Source: Candidatus Nealsonbacteria bacterium (lineage in GTDB: Bacteria > Patescibacteriota > Minisyncoccia > Minisyncoccales > UBA6532). From it: 64,000 nucleotides of DNA. Location of the stretch: NCBI GenBank assembly GCA_016186485.1, contig JACPLN010000003.1, positions 23,305-87,304 on the forward strand. Reading direction: 5' to 3'. A program made the position numbers and the translations under genes. Shown one piece after another: positions 18,191-27,235 of the stretch (its first letter is position 1; every line of letters begins with the position of its first letter). The notes under the pieces are model-generated. The model was not told the DNA's origin, did no database searches, and was given only the letters and a program-made list of their open reading frames with translations.

Positions 18191-20035
18191 TTGTACAGAT
18201 ACCAAGAAAATAGACGAAGGAGAGAGAAGAAATCTATTCCGGCCATAATAATTGGACTTCTTCTTCTGGCGGGCGCCCTATACTTCACCGTACCGGCTAG
18301 TGTGGCAAAGATTTCTGAACCGAAAGGAGTACCACTTATTGTCGGTACAAGCACGCCCTTTGAGCCATTTGAAGCGAAAAAAGGAAACGAGATTATGGGA
18401 GTAGATATTGATATTGCAAAAGAAGTCGCCAAAAAGCTAGGACGAAGCCTGGTGGTAAAAGATATGGAATTTGACGTTCTCTTGCATGCCTTGAACCAGA
18501 GCCAGGTGCATATGGTTGCTTCGGGACTTACCATTACAGAAGAAAGGGACAAAAAAGAGGGAGTGGACTTCTCAATTCCATATTACGAAATTGACCAAGG
18601 AGTCTTAACTAGTAATAACGCCTTCTTATGCCAAAACACCTGTGAGCCAAAAGACTTCGTGGGTATGAAAGTTGGTTTTCAGCAAGGAACAACGAGCCAG
18701 GACTGGATTCTTGATAACCTAGTGAATAAAACCGAAGTAGCTCGTTTTGAAGCTTTTGGCGATCTTAAAGATGCTATACAGATGCTAAGAGAGGGTTCTC
18801 TGGATGTCATTATAATTGACTATCCGGTTGCCAAACTTTTGGCAATCCAAGAATTGAGGGTAGCTGGAAAAATTGAGACTCATGAGCAATACGGTATTGC
18901 CGTAAAAGAAGGGGATCCGGAAAAGCTTCTTCTAACGATCAACGCAGTACTGAAAGAGATGAAAGGAAAAGGGGAGATAAATAAACTGGTGGAAAAGTAT
19001 CAACCAAAGCCAGAACCGGAAAGCAAAGATAAAAAGGGTGCCCAAGCAATACAGCCATTTGGTATTCCTAAAGCTTTCGCTGACCACAAAAAGTATCCAG
19101 ACAGAGGGAAATACATCTATGACGCAGGAGAGAGATTATCAATAAATGAGAAAGCGGATCTCGCTGCTAGGTTATGGAACCTAGACGTAAGGACCGACCA
19201 TGAAGTGCTCGTTGTTTTACCCAAAGAAAAACCAGAGAGCGAGTTAGACCTTATTGATTCCTTCAGAAAGTTAGGCGTAGGGAAAGACATGCACAATGGA
19301 ATAGCATTATTTATTTTACCCGATAATGCCTGGTTTGTAGGAATTGGCATGGGCAATCAATACTTTTCTATTCACGAAGCGCGCGATTTCGGCGAGGTAA
19401 ACGGTTCTCTTAACGATATTGGAAGCGTTGGATTGGCCAAAAGCCTTCAAAAGTTCGTAACCTCTGTAGATAAAGATATTAAAGCAAGTGTTGACCTAGA
19501 AACGCAAGAAAGCTGGGGAGTAGGAGCCCTTGAATGGGGACCAGTTGTAACCGGTTGGATTTCTATTGGTGCTCTAGGAATATTCTTGTTTAAACAAAGA
19601 GATGGTTATCAGAACACAGATTTAATAGGACCTATAATATGCTTTTTGTTCCTTATTGGTTTCTTTGGAGCAGCCGCGGCTTCAGCCAGCGGAGAGTTTG
19701 ACAGCTACACAAATTATGGCTATGTTACCTCCACGAAATTAAGCTCCAAGCTCCACACCCATACCCATGTTGTCTCAACTGGAAAAACCACTAGAGTATA
19801 CTATACCTATCACACGCATTACTACAACGATGTTAGGCTGTTAAGCTACGAAAAGAAACAATACAGCCATACGTTCTTTTCAGAAGATTCAAAGTCAGCA
19901 TGGGAACATAAGATAGGAGAGGTGGATTCGCTAGAGATTAACTTAAAGAACGACGTTCTGGTAGGAGTCGGGGTTGTTCAGGACCCTGGCGGACACAAAG
20001 AAGAAGTAATTAATACTCTTTGGGGAAAAAGATAA
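18191..20035 (+). CDS. Membrane-anchored fusion protein: SBP_bac_3 amino-acid-binding domain plus TPM/YgcG-like domain plus 2 TM helices plus a His/Tyr/Thr-rich C-terminal domain
   Basis: PBPb block 'GVDIDIAKEVAKKLG...MVASGLTITEERDK'. TPM-like block 'GIALFILPDNAWFVGIGMGNQ'. Two predicted TM helices follow the TPM block. Confidence 0.65.
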   Translation: MYRYQENRRRREKKSIPAIIIGLLLLAGALYFTVPASVAKISEPKGVPLIVGTSTPFEPFEAKKGNEIMGVDIDIAKEVAKKLGRSLVVKDMEFDVLLHALNQSQVHMVASGLTITEERDKKEGVDFSIPYYEIDQGVLTSNNAFLCQNTCEPKDFVGMKVGFQQGTTSQDWILDNLVNKTEVARFEAFGDLKDAIQMLREGSLDVIIIDYPVAKLLAIQELRVAGKIETHEQYGIAVKEGDPEKLLLTINAVLKEMKGKGEINKLVEKYQPKPEPESKDKKGAQAIQPFGIPKAFADHKKYPDRGKYIYDAGERLSINEKADLAARLWNLDVRTDHEVLVVLPKEKPESELDLIDSFRKLGVGKDMHNGIALFILPDNAWFVGIGMGNQYFSIHEARDFGEVNGSLNDIGSVGLAKSLQKFVTSVDKDIKASVDLETQESWGVGALEWGPVVTGWISIGALGIFLFKQRDGYQNTDLIGPIICFLFLIGFFGAAAASASGEFDSYTNYGYVTSTKLSSKLHTHTHVVSTGKTTRVYYTYHTHYYNDVRLLSYEKKQYSHTFFSEDSKSAWEHKIGEVDSLEINLKNDVLVGVGVVQDPGGHKEEVINTLWGKR

Positions 20036-20046
20036 GTAAAAAGAAG

Positions 20047-20073
20047 GGACTATCATAGATAGTCCGTTTTTTA
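20047..20073 (+). terminator. Rho-independent terminator (GGACTATC-ata-GATAGTCC followed by a T-run)
   Basis: Perfect 8-bp stem and a U-tract. Confidence 0.75.
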
Positions 20074-20105
20074 TTGCTTATATGCTAGGATAAAAATAGG
20101 GGATT

Positions 20106-21557
20106 ATGTCAACAAAAACCCAAAATCCGGTAAGGGTAAGAATTGCGCCTTCTCCAACGGGACCATTGCATATTGGTACTGCTCGTACCGCCCTATTTAA
20201 TTATCTTTTTGCCAAAAAAGCAGGGGGCAGTTTCCTTTTAAGGATTGAAGACACTGATTTAGAAAGATCGGATAAAAAGTTTGAAAAAGATATTATAAAT
20301 AATTTAAAGTGGCTGGGCATTAAATGGGATGAAAAAACATATTACCAAAGCAAGCGTTTAAGTATTTACGCCAAATATCTGGAAAGGTTGTTAAAAGATG
20401 GCAAAGCCTATTACTGCTTTTGCTCTGAGGAGGAGCTAGAGGCCAAAAGGCAATATTTTATGGGTATTGGAAAAGCCCCGATATATTCTGGCAAATGCGG
20501 AGAACTTTCAGAAAAGGAAGTTAAAGAAAAACTTGGCAGGAAAGAAAATTCTATTATTCGCTTTAGGGCGCCGGAAAAAATAGTTAAGTTCAAAGATTTA
20601 ATAAGGGGAGCTTTGGAGTTTGACTCTGCTTTAATTGGAGATTTCTCAATAGCCAAAGGCCTTTCCAGCCCTTTGTACAATTTTGCCGTAGTTATAGACG
20701 ATTTTGAAATGGGAATTTCCCACGTTATCAGAGGAGAAGATCATATTTCCAACACCCCAAAACAAATTCTTTTGCAGGAAGCCTTTGGATTTCATCAGCC
20801 GGAATACGCTCATTTGCCCCTTATTTTAGGCCCAGACAGATCCAAACTTAGCAAGAGGCATGGGGTAACGTCAATCGCTGATTATAAAAAAGCCGGCTAT
20901 CTTTCAGACGCACTAATTAACTTTATGGCTTTTTTAGGGTGGAATCCGGGAGATCAAAGGGAGATTTTCTCTTTAAATGATTTGGAGAAAGAATTCTCTT
21001 TAGAAAAAGTTCAGAAAGCCGGGGCCGTATTTAATATAAGCCGTTTGGATTATTTAAACGGATACTATATCCGTAAAAAACCGTTAAAAGAGCTGGTTAA
21101 GCTTTCTGCCGGCTATTTAAAAAGCGCCGGGCTGGTTAAGTCAAAATATGATGCCAAATATCTTGCTAAAGTTATCGGTTTATACCAGGGGCGCCTAAAA
21201 AAGCTTTCAGAACTGCCGGATTTAGTTGATTTTGCATTCAAAGACGGGTTAGAATACGGTAAAGAGCTCTTAAAATGGAAAAATATGACAGATCAGGAAG
21301 TAATAGTCTCTCTTGACATTTTACAAGAAATATTGTCTAAAATATCCCCCAAAAAATTTACTAAGGAAAACCTGGAAGAAATTTTATTGCCAGTGGCCCA
21401 AGAACAGGGGAGTGGCGACAGGGGAAAATTGCTTTGGCCACTAAGAGCGGCTTTGACCGGGAAAGAATCTTCGGCAGGGCCATTTGAAATAGCTGAAGTT
21501 CTGGGTAAAATCAGGACTTTAAAAAGAATAAAAGAGGCCGGGGAACTGATGAAATAA
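20106..21557 (+). CDS. gltX: Glutamyl-tRNA synthetase
   Basis: 'RIAPSPTGPLHIGTARTALFNYLFAKK' (HIGH) and KLSKR (KMSKS). Confidence 0.95.
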   Translation: MSTKTQNPVRVRIAPSPTGPLHIGTARTALFNYLFAKKAGGSFLLRIEDTDLERSDKKFEKDIINNLKWLGIKWDEKTYYQSKRLSIYAKYLERLLKDGKAYYCFCSEEELEAKRQYFMGIGKAPIYSGKCGELSEKEVKEKLGRKENSIIRFRAPEKIVKFKDLIRGALEFDSALIGDFSIAKGLSSPLYNFAVVIDDFEMGISHVIRGEDHISNTPKQILLQEAFGFHQPEYAHLPLILGPDRSKLSKRHGVTSIADYKKAGYLSDALINFMAFLGWNPGDQREIFSLNDLEKEFSLEKVQKAGAVFNISRLDYLNGYYIRKKPLKELVKLSAGYLKSAGLVKSKYDAKYLAKVIGLYQGRLKKLSELPDLVDFAFKDGLEYGKELLKWKNMTDQEVIVSLDILQEILSKISPKKFTKENLEEILLPVAQEQGSGDRGKLLWPLRAALTGKESSAGPFEIAEVLGKIRTLKRIKEAGELMK

Positions 21558-21561
21558 AAAA

Positions 21562-21584
21562 ATCGCTTCTTATTAGAAGCGATC
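21562..21584 (-). terminator. Hairpin terminator (ATCGCTTCT-tatt-AGAAGCGAT) with a U-tract on the minus strand
   Basis: 9-bp perfect stem. The U-run is on the minus strand, so it serves the 21584-22030 gene. Confidence 0.6.
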
Positions 21585-22030
21585 TAGGGCAAAATTGTGC
21601 CTTTCAGCCTTTTGCAATATTTCTGCAATATCTCGTTTTCTCTCCGTAATTCAGCGTTATTTTTCTCCAATAAAATGTAGTTTTGCAGGAATTTGTAGAG
21701 TCGTGATAACGCCGCAATGGCTGGGTATGTGGAAAGCAAAATGATCAGAAAGATTATTTGTATCCAGGGATGGCTGGCCAAAAGAAAGAAAACTGCCGCA
21801 AAGTAAATCGCTCCCACGGGTCTCGGAATTTTCTTATTTTCATGAAAGATTATGCGTCCGCCAAGAAACAGCGTTGATCCAATTAAGGCGACGAAGAAAA
21901 AGGATGCCGCGCCCATTGTAAATCCGCTAAGTTCGCTGCGAATTGGTTCTAATACCCAGAAGAAATAAACCAAAAGCAGGAATGCCGCTAACGGAGAAAA
22001 AGCATAATATATTTTTTCTTCTTTTTTCAA
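21584..22030 (-). CDS. Membrane protein with a C-terminal coiled coil (hypothetical)
   Basis: ORF with 4 TM helices and a coiled-coil tail. Confidence 0.45.
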   Translation of the reverse strand: MKKEEKIYYAFSPLAAFLLLVYFFWVLEPIRSELSGFTMGAASFFFVALIGSTLFLGGRIIFHENKKIPRPVGAIYFAAVFFLLASHPWIQIIFLIILLSTYPAIAALSRLYKFLQNYILLEKNNAELRRENEILQKYCKRLKGTILP

Positions 22031-22479
22031 TGTTCAATCCGCCTATAAAAAAAGCATACAAAATAATAATAACTTTGTCAATAGCAAGCATGTTTTTGTT
22101 TAGTTTCGGAGTTTCTGCCCAAACTCCTTATTTTGACGTAAAACAGCCGGAAACTATTGATGAAGCGAGGAAAGTGGGCGGGGAATTCGCCAAAGAAGCT
22201 CAAAAACAGCTGCCTTCTACGATAAACAAGATCTTTAGGGGAGAAGTGCTGCCCTTGTGGCAAAAAGTCTGGAACATGACTAGCGGCTTGTTTAAACAAT
22301 ATTTTGAGCCCCAGCTTGATTATTGGTGGTTTAAATTAAAAGGTGTTTTATCTATTGAAGTTGAAAAGAGAAAGCCGGTTATTAAAGAAGAGTTTGAAAA
22401 AGAAAAAGAAGAAGTTAGACAAGAACTGCCGGGATTAACAAAAGATCTTTGGGAAAGACTTGGAGAGTTAATAAAATAG
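22030..22479 (+). CDS. Secreted protein (hypothetical), signal peptide 'SIASMFLFSFGVSAQ'
   Basis: Start moved to the internal Met to avoid overlap. Signal-peptide-like N-terminus. Confidence 0.4.
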   Translation: MFNPPIKKAYKIIITLSIASMFLFSFGVSAQTPYFDVKQPETIDEARKVGGEFAKEAQKQLPSTINKIFRGEVLPLWQKVWNMTSGLFKQYFEPQLDYWWFKLKGVLSIEVEKRKPVIKEEFEKEKEEVRQELPGLTKDLWERLGELIK

Positions 22480-22480
22480 C

Positions 22481-22972
22481 ATGCCTGCCTTTGTTTCTAA
22501 AAATATATATAAAGTAGTGGCAAAATTCGCTCCTGTGGTAAGCAATGATATTCTTTTGAGGCATGGGGGCAAGTATTTGCTGTTGAAAAGGACGGGTGTT
22601 CCTTGCAAGGGATTGTGGTGGACGCCAGGCAGAAGACTGCGGAAAAACGAACGCATTACAGACGCGGTTCATAATGTGATGAAAGAGGAGGTGGGGATAA
22701 AGAAGATCAAAATAAAAAAGTTCTTAGGGGTTTTTGAAGTATTTGCCAAACCCGGTAAATTCGGCCAAAAAGACATTCATTATGTTTCTTTCAGCTTTTT
22801 AGCAGAACCCGTTGGGAAATTTAAAGTAAAGATGGATTTTCAGCATTCAGAGTACGATTTTTTTAAAAAAGCGCCCAAAGATAGTCATCCTTTCGTAAAA
22901 AAGATATTTTCTTTAGCTAAAAATAAAGATTTTAGAGTTGCCCTACCGATTTTATGCAGAGTTTCGGGTTAG
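22481..22972 (+). CDS. NUDIX hydrolase
   Basis: Nudix-box-like 'GRRLRKNERITDAVHNVMKEEVGI'. Confidence 0.55.
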   Translation: MPAFVSKNIYKVVAKFAPVVSNDILLRHGGKYLLLKRTGVPCKGLWWTPGRRLRKNERITDAVHNVMKEEVGIKKIKIKKFLGVFEVFAKPGKFGQKDIHYVSFSFLAEPVGKFKVKMDFQHSEYDFFKKAPKDSHPFVKKIFSLAKNKDFRVALPILCRVSG

Positions 22973-22980
22973 GGGAGCGT

Positions 22981-23010
22981 TTGACACCGCTTTTCGCGGT
23001 GTTATCATAA
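22981..23010 (+). promoter_or_regulatory. Promoter-like TTGACA...TATCAT containing the perfect palindrome ACACCGC-TTTT-GCGGTGT
   Basis: Lies immediately upstream of the recombinase gene. The inverted repeat sits in the promoter spacer and is a possible operator. Confidence 0.35.
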
Positions 23011-23052
23011 ATATAGAATAGTCGCACAATGTAGGTAAAGCGACATATAAAT

Positions 23053-24009
23053 ATGAATGAATCTAATAACCCTATAATTAAACATATTCCCGACTTTTTG
23101 GATTATTGCGAGGTTGAAAAAGGCTTGGCAGATAAAACTCAGGAAAACTATAAAAGGTACTTGGAAAAGTTCGTATTCTGGTTAAAGACAACCAAAAAAG
23201 CGGATTTAAAGCCACACGAACTTACCCCGGACGATATTTGGGCTTATCGCTTATATTTAAGCCGATTTCGGGTAAAATCGGGTCAATCCCTTAAAAAAGT
23301 CACCCAAAACTACTATTTAATTGCTTTAAGGGCTTTTCTGAGCTATTTTACCGCTAAAGACATACTTTGCCTTCCTGCGGATAAAATAACCCTTCCAAAA
23401 GACATTAAACGCGAGAAAAGCCTTAAGTTCCTTACCCTTGAACAAATAGAGAGGCTGCTTTTGGCTCCTGATACCAAAAACCTGTCCGGGTTGCGAGACA
23501 GGGCAATCGTAGAATCCCTTTTCTCTACCGGTTTAAGAATAGCTGAACTGGTGGCTCTAAATAGAGAACAGTTTGCCAACCTGAAAGAAAAAAAGGATTT
23601 AGAACTTGGGGTGATTGGCAAGGGCGGTTACCCGAGAACCGTCTACTTTTCAGAAAGAGCAATTTCCTGGGTTAAAAAGTACTTGGAAACCCGTAAAGAC
23701 AAGGAAAAGGCTCTGTTTGTTCACTACAGGGCCAGAAAAGGCGCGGAAGCCCGACTGACGGCTCGTTCCATAGAGAGAATCGTCAAAAAGTATGCAATTT
23801 TGTCCGGCATCCCAATTTTTACTACCCCTCATACCCTCCGCCACAGTATGGCTACCGACCTTTTAACACAAGGGGTTGATTTAAGAACTATTCAAGAATT
23901 TTTAGGGCATAAAAATATTGTTACAACCCAAGTCTATACTCATGTAACAAACAAACGTCTGCGCGATATCCACCGCCAATTCCACAGCGGCAAAAATCTT
24001 AAAGTATAA
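23053..24009 (+). CDS. Tyrosine site-specific recombinase (XerC/XerD/integrase family)
   Basis: C-terminal catalytic block 'HTLRHSMATDLLTQGVDLRTIQEFLGHKNIVTTQVYTHV' (R..HxxR..Y). Confidence 0.9.
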   Translation: MNESNNPIIKHIPDFLDYCEVEKGLADKTQENYKRYLEKFVFWLKTTKKADLKPHELTPDDIWAYRLYLSRFRVKSGQSLKKVTQNYYLIALRAFLSYFTAKDILCLPADKITLPKDIKREKSLKFLTLEQIERLLLAPDTKNLSGLRDRAIVESLFSTGLRIAELVALNREQFANLKEKKDLELGVIGKGGYPRTVYFSERAISWVKKYLETRKDKEKALFVHYRARKGAEARLTARSIERIVKKYAILSGIPIFTTPHTLRHSMATDLLTQGVDLRTIQEFLGHKNIVTTQVYTHVTNKRLRDIHRQFHSGKNLKV

Positions 24010-24020
24010 AAAAGGGTCTT

Positions 24021-24050
24021 GGTTAACATCTTCGTATTAAGATGTTTCCA
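24021..24050. other. dif-like recombinase core-site candidate: AACATCTT-CGTATT-AAGATGTT (8-6-8 inverted repeat)
   Basis: Perfect 8-bp arms around a 6-bp centre, 12 nt past the recombinase stop, with no U-tract. Confidence 0.3.
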
Positions 24051-24055
24051 AAACC

Positions 24056-24409
24056 TTAGGCTATACGGATTGCCTGTTCCTGATCTTGTGTTTCTGTTGG
24101 GGTTGTGGGCAGCTCAGGAAACCTCTTCTTCATACTATCCTCTAAGCTGGCCTCGAGAGAGATCGGTAGACCCTTTATTTCTTCCTTTTTCGATCTTACT
24201 ATTTCGGCTAATTTCTTTAGGTTAGGTTCTTGGGAATTCGTAAGCTGTATCTCTAGGTCCCTCAGAATTCCTACTGCCCTTATCAAGTCATCAACGCACT
24301 TGATTTCTGTGGGCATTTTGCCTGTTTCGAAATCTATCCCTCCCAGAAATATTCCGTCCACCCGTAACACTCCGTTCACATCTACTGCATTCCGCTTAAC
24401 TATTTCCAT
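24056..24409 (-). CDS. Hypothetical protein (117 aa)
   Basis: Only convincing ORF in the 24.0-24.5 kb gap. Composition is protein-like. Confidence 0.3.
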   Translation of the reverse strand: MEIVKRNAVDVNGVLRVDGIFLGGIDFETGKMPTEIKCVDDLIRAVGILRDLEIQLTNSQEPNLKKLAEIVRSKKEEIKGLPISLEASLEDSMKKRFPELPTTPTETQDQEQAIRIA

Positions 24410-24489
24410 TGCATCTACATTATACCATAATTACTATAGTTTTGTCAAGTATTGTTGGACTAACTTTATTGTGTTAAATTAATAGAATC

Positions 24490-25236
24490 ATGGAAACGAT
24501 ACTAAAGGTAAATAATCTGACAAAAAAATACGACGGCTTTACGGCCGTCAGTAATGTTTCTTTTGAGGTTAAAGAGGGCGAAATCGTGGGGTTGCTGGGG
24601 CCCAACGGAGCCGGCAAGACCACCACTATTCACATGCTTTTGTCTTTGCTGGAGCCGACTTCAGGAAAAATTGAGATTTTCGGAAAAGATTTATTTAAAA
24701 ACAGAGAAAATATTCTTTCTCGGGTAAATTTTGTCGCTCCGTACTCTCCCCTGCCGTACAATCTTACCCCTTATGAAAACCTAACCGTCTTTTCTTTCCT
24801 CTACGCCGTAAAGAACCGTAAAAATCGGGTTGAAAGTTTGCTTGAAGAGTTTCAGCTTCAAAAATTTAGAAACAGCAGAACTGGAAGTCTTTCTGCCGGA
24901 GAGCAAACCCGGCTTAGCATAGCTAAGGCGTTTATAAATGACCCGCGGCTGCTTTTGCTTGACGAACCAACCGTGCACTTGGACCCTTTGATCGCCAGAG
25001 AAATACGCGAAAAAATTTATTATAAAATGAGAGTAATTAAAGGAGGGGTTCTTTGGACTTCCCATAATATGAAGGAGATTGAGACAATGTGCGATAAAAT
25101 AATCTTTCTCTTTAACGGAAAAATATTCGCCGAGGACTCTCCGGAAAATCTTAAGAGAAGTTTTGGCAAAGAGGATCTTGAAGAAGTATTTATTCATCTG
25201 TCCAAAGAGGCAGAAAAACAAACTTATGACGATTAA
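24490..25236 (+). CDS. ABC transporter ATP-binding protein
   Basis: Walker A 'GPNGAGKTTT', signature 'LSAGEQTRL', Walker B 'LLLDEPT'. Confidence 0.9.
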   Translation: METILKVNNLTKKYDGFTAVSNVSFEVKEGEIVGLLGPNGAGKTTTIHMLLSLLEPTSGKIEIFGKDLFKNRENILSRVNFVAPYSPLPYNLTPYENLTVFSFLYAVKNRKNRVESLLEEFQLQKFRNSRTGSLSAGEQTRLSIAKAFINDPRLLLLDEPTVHLDPLIAREIREKIYYKMRVIKGGVLWTSHNMKEIETMCDKIIFLFNGKIFAEDSPENLKRSFGKEDLEEVFIHLSKEAEKQTYDD

Positions 25237-26032
25237 TTACCTGCACATATTCGGAATACTGCTAAAACATTTATTCTTGTTAAGAAAAAGCTGGCACCGC
25301 ATATTCAATATGTTCTTTTGGATTACGGTGGAGCTTTTCGGCTGGGGGTTTATTACTCTTTGGCTGAAAAGCATTGCCGGAGCTGACAAAAAAATTGATT
25401 TTATTTTGCTGCTGCTTTCGGCTCTCATATTCTGGCATATTTTTATGCGCGTCCAAAACGCTTTTTCCGTTTCCTTTCTGGAAGACATATGGGCGCGCAA
25501 TATGATAAATTTATTTGCCTCGCCCCTAAGATTCAGCGAGTTTGTCGTGGCCCTCGTTTTTTACAGCTTAGTATCTGCCGGCTTCGGCCTGCTCTATGTC
25601 AGCGCCTTGGCTTTTGTTCTTTACGCTCTTGATATTTGGCAGCTGGGCTTTTACATTATTCCCCTTTTCTTGAATATTCTTCTATTCGGCTGGTCGCTGG
25701 GCCTGCTTACGGTCAGCCTGATAATCCGCTACGGTCCATCAATTGAGGTTTTGGCCTGGGCCTTGCCTTATTTGTTCTTCCCCATCTCTGCCGTTTATTA
25801 CCCTTTAAGCGTATTTCCTGAACTTTTGCAAAAAATCGCCTTTTTCGTACCAACAATGCACCTTTTTGAAGGCATGCGCAGAGTCCTATTAGAGGGCGTT
25901 TTCCCCAAAGAGAGCGTTGCCTGGGCCAGCGTTTTAAACTTATTTTATTTTTCCATAAGCGCCCTCGTCTTTTATCTATCAATTAAAGTAGCAATAAAAA
26001 AGGGCCTGATTGCCCGTTTGGTTACCGACTAA
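25226..26032 (+). CDS. ABC-2-type transporter permease
   Basis: 6-TM protein immediately downstream of, and overlapping, the ATPase gene. Confidence 0.7.
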   Translation: MTINYLHIFGILLKHLFLLRKSWHRIFNMFFWITVELFGWGFITLWLKSIAGADKKIDFILLLLSALIFWHIFMRVQNAFSVSFLEDIWARNMINLFASPLRFSEFVVALVFYSLVSAGFGLLYVSALAFVLYALDIWQLGFYIIPLFLNILLFGWSLGLLTVSLIIRYGPSIEVLAWALPYLFFPISAVYYPLSVFPELLQKIAFFVPTMHLFEGMRRVLLEGVFPKESVAWASVLNLFYFSISALVFYLSIKVAIKKGLIARLVTD

Positions 26033-26035
26033 TAA

Positions 26036-26524
26036 TTAGATTCTATCCAGTATTATCTTAAACCAAGGAGTGTATTTTTGGGGATTTTTTTTCATATCCT
26101 TTTTCAATTCCGGAAGACTTATCCACTTCCAGTCATCCACCTCTTTTTTGTTTGGATTCGCCCTGCCTTCAAACTTTCCCATAAAAACATGGTCAAATTC
26201 GTGTTCAATTAAATTTCCCAACTTAGCTTTGTACTTAAAAGTAAAAACCTCTTTAAGCGGGCAACTTATCCCCATTTCTTCTTTCAGCCTTTTTTCCGCT
26301 TGTTTTTTTAAGTTGTAGCTTAATCTTGGATGGGAACAGCAGGTGTTGGTCCAAAGGCCCGGAGAATGGTATTTTGACAATGCTCTTCTTTGAAGCATGG
26401 TTTCTCCTTTAGAGTTGAAAACCAGGATTGAAAAAGCGCGGTGAAGCCTGCCTTTCTGGTGAGCCCTTATTTTTTCTTCCTTTCCTATTCTTTTATCGTT
26501 TCTATCAACAAGAATTACATCCAT
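26036..26524 (-). CDS. idi: Isopentenyl-diphosphate delta-isomerase (type 1, Nudix fold)
   Basis: 'LHRAFSILVFNSKGETMLQRRALSKYHSPGLWTNTCCSHP'. The start is taken at MDVILV. Confidence 0.8.
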   Translation of the reverse strand: MDVILVDRNDKRIGKEEKIRAHQKGRLHRAFSILVFNSKGETMLQRRALSKYHSPGLWTNTCCSHPRLSYNLKKQAEKRLKEEMGISCPLKEVFTFKYKAKLGNLIEHEFDHVFMGKFEGRANPNKKEVDDWKWISLPELKKDMKKNPQKYTPWFKIILDRI

Positions 26525-26529
26525 AGCTT

Positions 26530-27222
26530 TTATTTTCCGAACCTCCTTTTGCGGCTTAAAAACCATTCTAGGGCTTCGTCCAGACCTTTTTCTTTGAAGT
26601 CCGGCCAATAGGTTGAAGTGAAGTAAAGCTCTGAATAAGCAGACTGCCAGGTTAAGAAATTGGAAAGGCGCTGTTCCCCGCCCGTCCTGATTATAAGATC
26701 GGGGTCGGGCAATCCGGCTGTCCAAAGATTGTCAGATACAAGATCTTGAGTTATTTTTCCGGGAGGAATTTTACTTTTGACTATTTTTTTGACAGCTTCA
26801 ACTATTTCTATTCTGCCGCCGTAAGACAGAGCAAAGTTTATTATCCCCCATTGATTGCGTTTTGTCAGGAGCTCCGCTTTTTTAACCGTTTTTTTAAGGG
26901 ATTCCGGCAGTTTTTCTCTTTGGCCAATAACCTTTATTTTAAAACCTTCTTTGTGTATTTTAGCCATATCTTCGCTTAGGGCCCTTTCAATTAAAGACAT
27001 GAGGAACTTAACCTCTTTTTCGGGGCGCCCCCAATTTTCTGTTGAAAAAGTATATATTGTTATTATTTTTATTCCCTTGTCTTTGCAGGCCCTGACTATT
27101 TCCCTAAATCTTTTCCTGCCTTCTAGGTGCCCTGCAAAATCGGGCAAGTGTTTTTCCCTTGCCCATCTTCGGTTGCCGTCAATAATAAAACCAATATGTT
27201 GTGGTGTGGCAATATTGGTCAT
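26530..27222 (-). CDS. uppS: Undecaprenyl-diphosphate synthase (cis-isoprenyl transferase)
   Basis: 'HIGFIIDGNRRWA' and '...RTGGEQRLSNFLTWQSAYSELYF'. Confidence 0.9.
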   Translation of the reverse strand: MTNIATPQHIGFIIDGNRRWAREKHLPDFAGHLEGRKRFREIVRACKDKGIKIITIYTFSTENWGRPEKEVKFLMSLIERALSEDMAKIHKEGFKIKVIGQREKLPESLKKTVKKAELLTKRNQWGIINFALSYGGRIEIVEAVKKIVKSKIPPGKITQDLVSDNLWTAGLPDPDLIIRTGGEQRLSNFLTWQSAYSELYFTSTYWPDFKEKGLDEALEWFLSRKRRFGK

Positions 27223-27235
27223 TTTTATAAATATA

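Noticed and set aside
24019-24482. + strand ORFs 24019-24225 and 24105-24482
   Set aside because: Low-complexity, overlapping each other and the more protein-like minus-strand ORF. No start-site signals.
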